A stretch of 62,317 nucleotides of DNA, counting the filler, from Circinaria calcarea (Eukaryota), in assembly GCA_051942165.1 (NCBI GenBank). It is 9 parts of 9 records of this genome, joined end to end, with 100 filler letters (N's around TTAATTAATTAA, not from the genome) between each part and the next. Parts side by side here need not be neighbours in the genome. Positions count along the whole stretch, not along the records: positions 55,494 to 62,317 come from JAVECS010001482.1; 8 more parts are not named here. One strand, given 5' to 3'. This document shows, in pieces, positions 59,658 through 62,317 of the stretch (positions are counted from its first letter, which is position 1; the number at the start of each line of letters is the position of its first letter). Made by a program: the position numbers and the translations under genes. The notes below the pieces were generated by a model that did no database searches, had not been told where the DNA came from, and saw only the letters and a list, made by a program, of their open reading frames with translations.

Positions 59658-62317
59658 ATGCGACAGCACTTCTTGAAGGTAAGGGTAAAATGCTACGGCC
59701 GTCGCCATGCGTCTTACTGACCCTTATGTCTAGCACCCTAATGCCCAAGATATTTGCATCTTCTGCACCCTTCGAATCCAACGAACTACCTCTCCATACC
59801 ATCTAAGGACGTCGCAGCGGCGGCCCTTTCAATCTTCTCCCTCTACCTATAGACCAGCTACCGCCGCTGCTGCCCAGCATGAGGAGGGACAAGAGTCGTT
59901 CAATCATTCCAATAATAGTTGGACGGATATTCCAGCGATAAATTCGAGAGGAGGATGGGCTAGACACGAGGTTGCGGTACAACTGACTCCCGACGAGGAA
60001 CGAGAGAGGGAAGGCCTTTGCCGGAATTTACGCATAGCTCAAACTGCTCCTCGGCCTCCTCCCAGCAAGGTCCGCTTGGCTCGAGATTCTGCACTGAGGC
60101 CAGCAGCAACTCCACAAGAAGTCCAAGCACAATCGCGTGACGCCAACGTTACTAAGGCCAGAGGCAACAGGTGGGGTGAAACTACCTGCACCAGTTGCGG
60201 TACCACAAGGAACAGATTGGGTTCGAAATGTCGTACGTGTGGAAACTTCTGCTTTGCTGGTGTTAGTCCTCGGCAAGATATTCGTTGGCGGCAGGCAAGG
60301 GGTAAATCTGGGGTATCTGAAGTAGGTTCACCGGCCGAAAAAGAAGTTGTTCTCAAATCAGAAGGAGGAGGGAGCTCTCAAAAGGATATGGAGAACTCTT
60401 TCGATACGCTTCACAATGTCTCCATACCAGCTAGAGACTCAACTGCCGGTGCTCCAATGTTTAACCTTACGGGCTCAAGTTTACACTGTGTGGAGACATC
60501 GAATCAAAATGTCTCAACCTCGCGGCAATCCTTCGGTCGAAAACCTGGTCCACAGCCTTTCACAGCGCATGCGGTTGATACGAATGCCTCGGGCAATAGG
60601 GGAGCCCTTCTACCTTGGTCGAGTCAAGATGATTCAGATAGCATTGCTGTTCTCCTCCCCCGGACAGATGCAAATGAGATCCCACGACTCGGCCATCAGC
60701 CGATGGAAGATGCAGCCAGTACCTTGGGTGTTGAGGCAAGCCAAGATAATGCCCGGCCGAGTAGTAGATACGTATCGGAATCGACTCCAACATCCCAGAC
60801 TCGGCCCCGAGACGATATTTTAGATGAGCACATCTCATCCATGCGGTCGTCACCCATCCACGTAAAGACTGCTGGAAAAAGGCCAAGGCCGCTCGAGCGG
60901 TACGAATGGGATTGCGCGAAATGCGGACAGAGGAATGATGACAAAACATCAACCTGCCGTCGCTGTAGTAATCGGCGCTCCTTGACGATGCGTCTTCTCC
61001 CAACATTTGATAATCCACAACTCGTCCGACCTGTGGAAATAGATACCCCAAGCGCTTTTGATGACAAACCCAGTCAACATTGGAAGCACTTGAGAAAACG
61101 TCAGGGCTCTGGTAATCAAGACCCTGATATTAGAGAACCGGTGCCCAAGGGACAAGGCGCTCAGGTAAAGACAAGAGATCCAGGGTTGGAAGAGATCGAA
61201 AACCAACGCTTGGAACGACTTCGAGCGGCGAGCAAGGGAAGATTCGTAGGTTTCCGGGGAACAAGTAAGCATATATCAAAGAACCTGGCGAGTAATGAGG
61301 TGAAAATCCCTGAGACAACGGTGCCAAACGATAATTCTCGAACCTACCACAGAGCGGAGGGAAGCAAAGATCCCAAAGCCTACAATCCTATAGAGACTTT
61401 GGTACCTGCACTAGCTCAAGATGGTCGTCAAGTTAAGTCCACAACCCCTATAGACTCCGTTCAACCAACGCCATCTCCCACTGCCTGGACAAGATCGAAA
61501 CCTCCAATGGATGAAGCGCCTAGCTCATCTAGGGATACGTCTACGGCTCCGATCGAATCTACAGAGGGAGAGGCAGTGAAAAAGAATGACCTAGCCTTGG
61601 ATAAGGGGCCTAACTATAATAAAAGCGGAGCTGAGAAAAAATCCCCCGAAGGTGCAGGTACGAGAGGACTGTCAGGTGCATGGGCTGTATGGAGTTCCCC
61701 AGTGGCGAAAATAGAGGAATCAACTCCATCGCAACTTGAAACTCCAGGCTTGGGGCCCGCGATGAAGGAAAACCAACCCGAAGACGGACAAAACCACGTA
61801 GAATCACTGAAAAAAGCTTGGACTCCGGAACAACCGGTATTACCTCTGTTTACATTATGGAAACCTCCAATATCGGAGTTCCAAGTTACTCACCCTTCTG
61901 AGGCAGAGAAAGGAGCATCTACTTTGCCAATAAGGCACATTTCCAGGCTAAGTAAAACAGCTGAGGATAGGATATTCGTACCTGCTTTTGAAGGGAGGAG
62001 ACCTGTACGCAAGGAAACCTCCGGATCTTTTGCATCCATGCCAAAGAGCGCAGTCCAACTCCAAGGGATACAAGATGACACCTCCAACGACCAAGATCTA
62101 ATCCGTGACTCAAAGGGTTACATAAAGTGGCGGCCATCGGTATCTGAGCCCGAAACTGTTGCAGCTCCACAAGGAAGCTCAGTTGAAGATGACCAGATAA
62201 TCAAGGCGAAAGATCCAATTATTGACGTGAAAGCAGCAAGAAGGGCAGCAAAATTCCTTGAGGATCTTGAACTTGACAGTTCTAGATCGGAGCAGAAATC
62301 GGCGGGGAACTCTCGAA
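59658..62317 (+). CDS. Predicted mitochondrially targeted protein with RanBP2-type zinc finger, copy B (runs off window; absent from ORF track)
   Basis: Exon 59658-59678, intron 59679-59733, then a frame I read as stop-free from 59734 to 62317. It carries in-frame extra segments (60361-60546, plus 9 nt) relative to copy A. Confidence 0.72.

Larger units (their letters stand above)
55494..62317. repeat. Large inverted duplication: arms about 55494-58670 and 58927-62317
   Basis: The right arm is the reverse complement of the left with scattered substitutions and indels. The terminal 141 bp (55494-55634 and 62177-62317) are exact reverse complements. Confidence 0.97.

Noticed and set aside
55494..62317. 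Palindrome as a pure fold-back (MDA/sequencing) artefact
   Set aside because: The arms differ by many substitutions and frame-preserving indels, which a fold-back copy would not. A haplotype chimera is still not excluded.
1..62317. tRNA, rRNA, snoRNA genes or CRISPR arrays
   Set aside because: None recognised by eye. A tRNAscan-SE/Infernal search would be needed to exclude small RNAs.

Overview
Filamentous ascomycete (Pezizomycotina-type genes with short GT-AG introns) genomic DNA. The window is not contiguous: it is nine unrelated contigs of about 6.82-6.86 kb, sorted by decreasing length and joined by artificial 100-nt spacers (N44-TTAATTAATTAA-N44), so adjacency across spacers is meaningless. 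Housekeeping content: Eps1-like PDI (partial), TDP1, ACB1 (split by introns, absent from the ORF track), class-2 DHODH, SGT1, IST2/TMEM16, a metallophosphoesterase, flavocytochrome b2 ending in a PTS1, a Rab fragment, a REV7 fragment, importin-9/KAP114, a Het-C homolog, two Pth11-like receptors, an ERG26-like SDR, an SRPK-like kinase and a P450 tail. Three regions stand out. (1) Contig 2: a caspase-fold protease with an integrase-like C-terminal tail is transcribed divergently from a hidden 91-aa SH3/Tudor-like gene and a DUF6594 membrane protein, a candidate protease-adaptor-membrane-effector module. (2) Contig 5: an uninterrupted SPOK-family gene (coiled coil, PD-(D/E)xK nuclease, Cys/His cluster, kinase) lies among pseudogenes, a solo LTR and a MITE. 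(3) Contig 9: a head-to-head inverted duplication of a mitochondrially targeted zinc-finger gene, both copies open but diverged, centred on an LTR-like sequence. All family assignments come from motif recognition by eye; no database searches were run.
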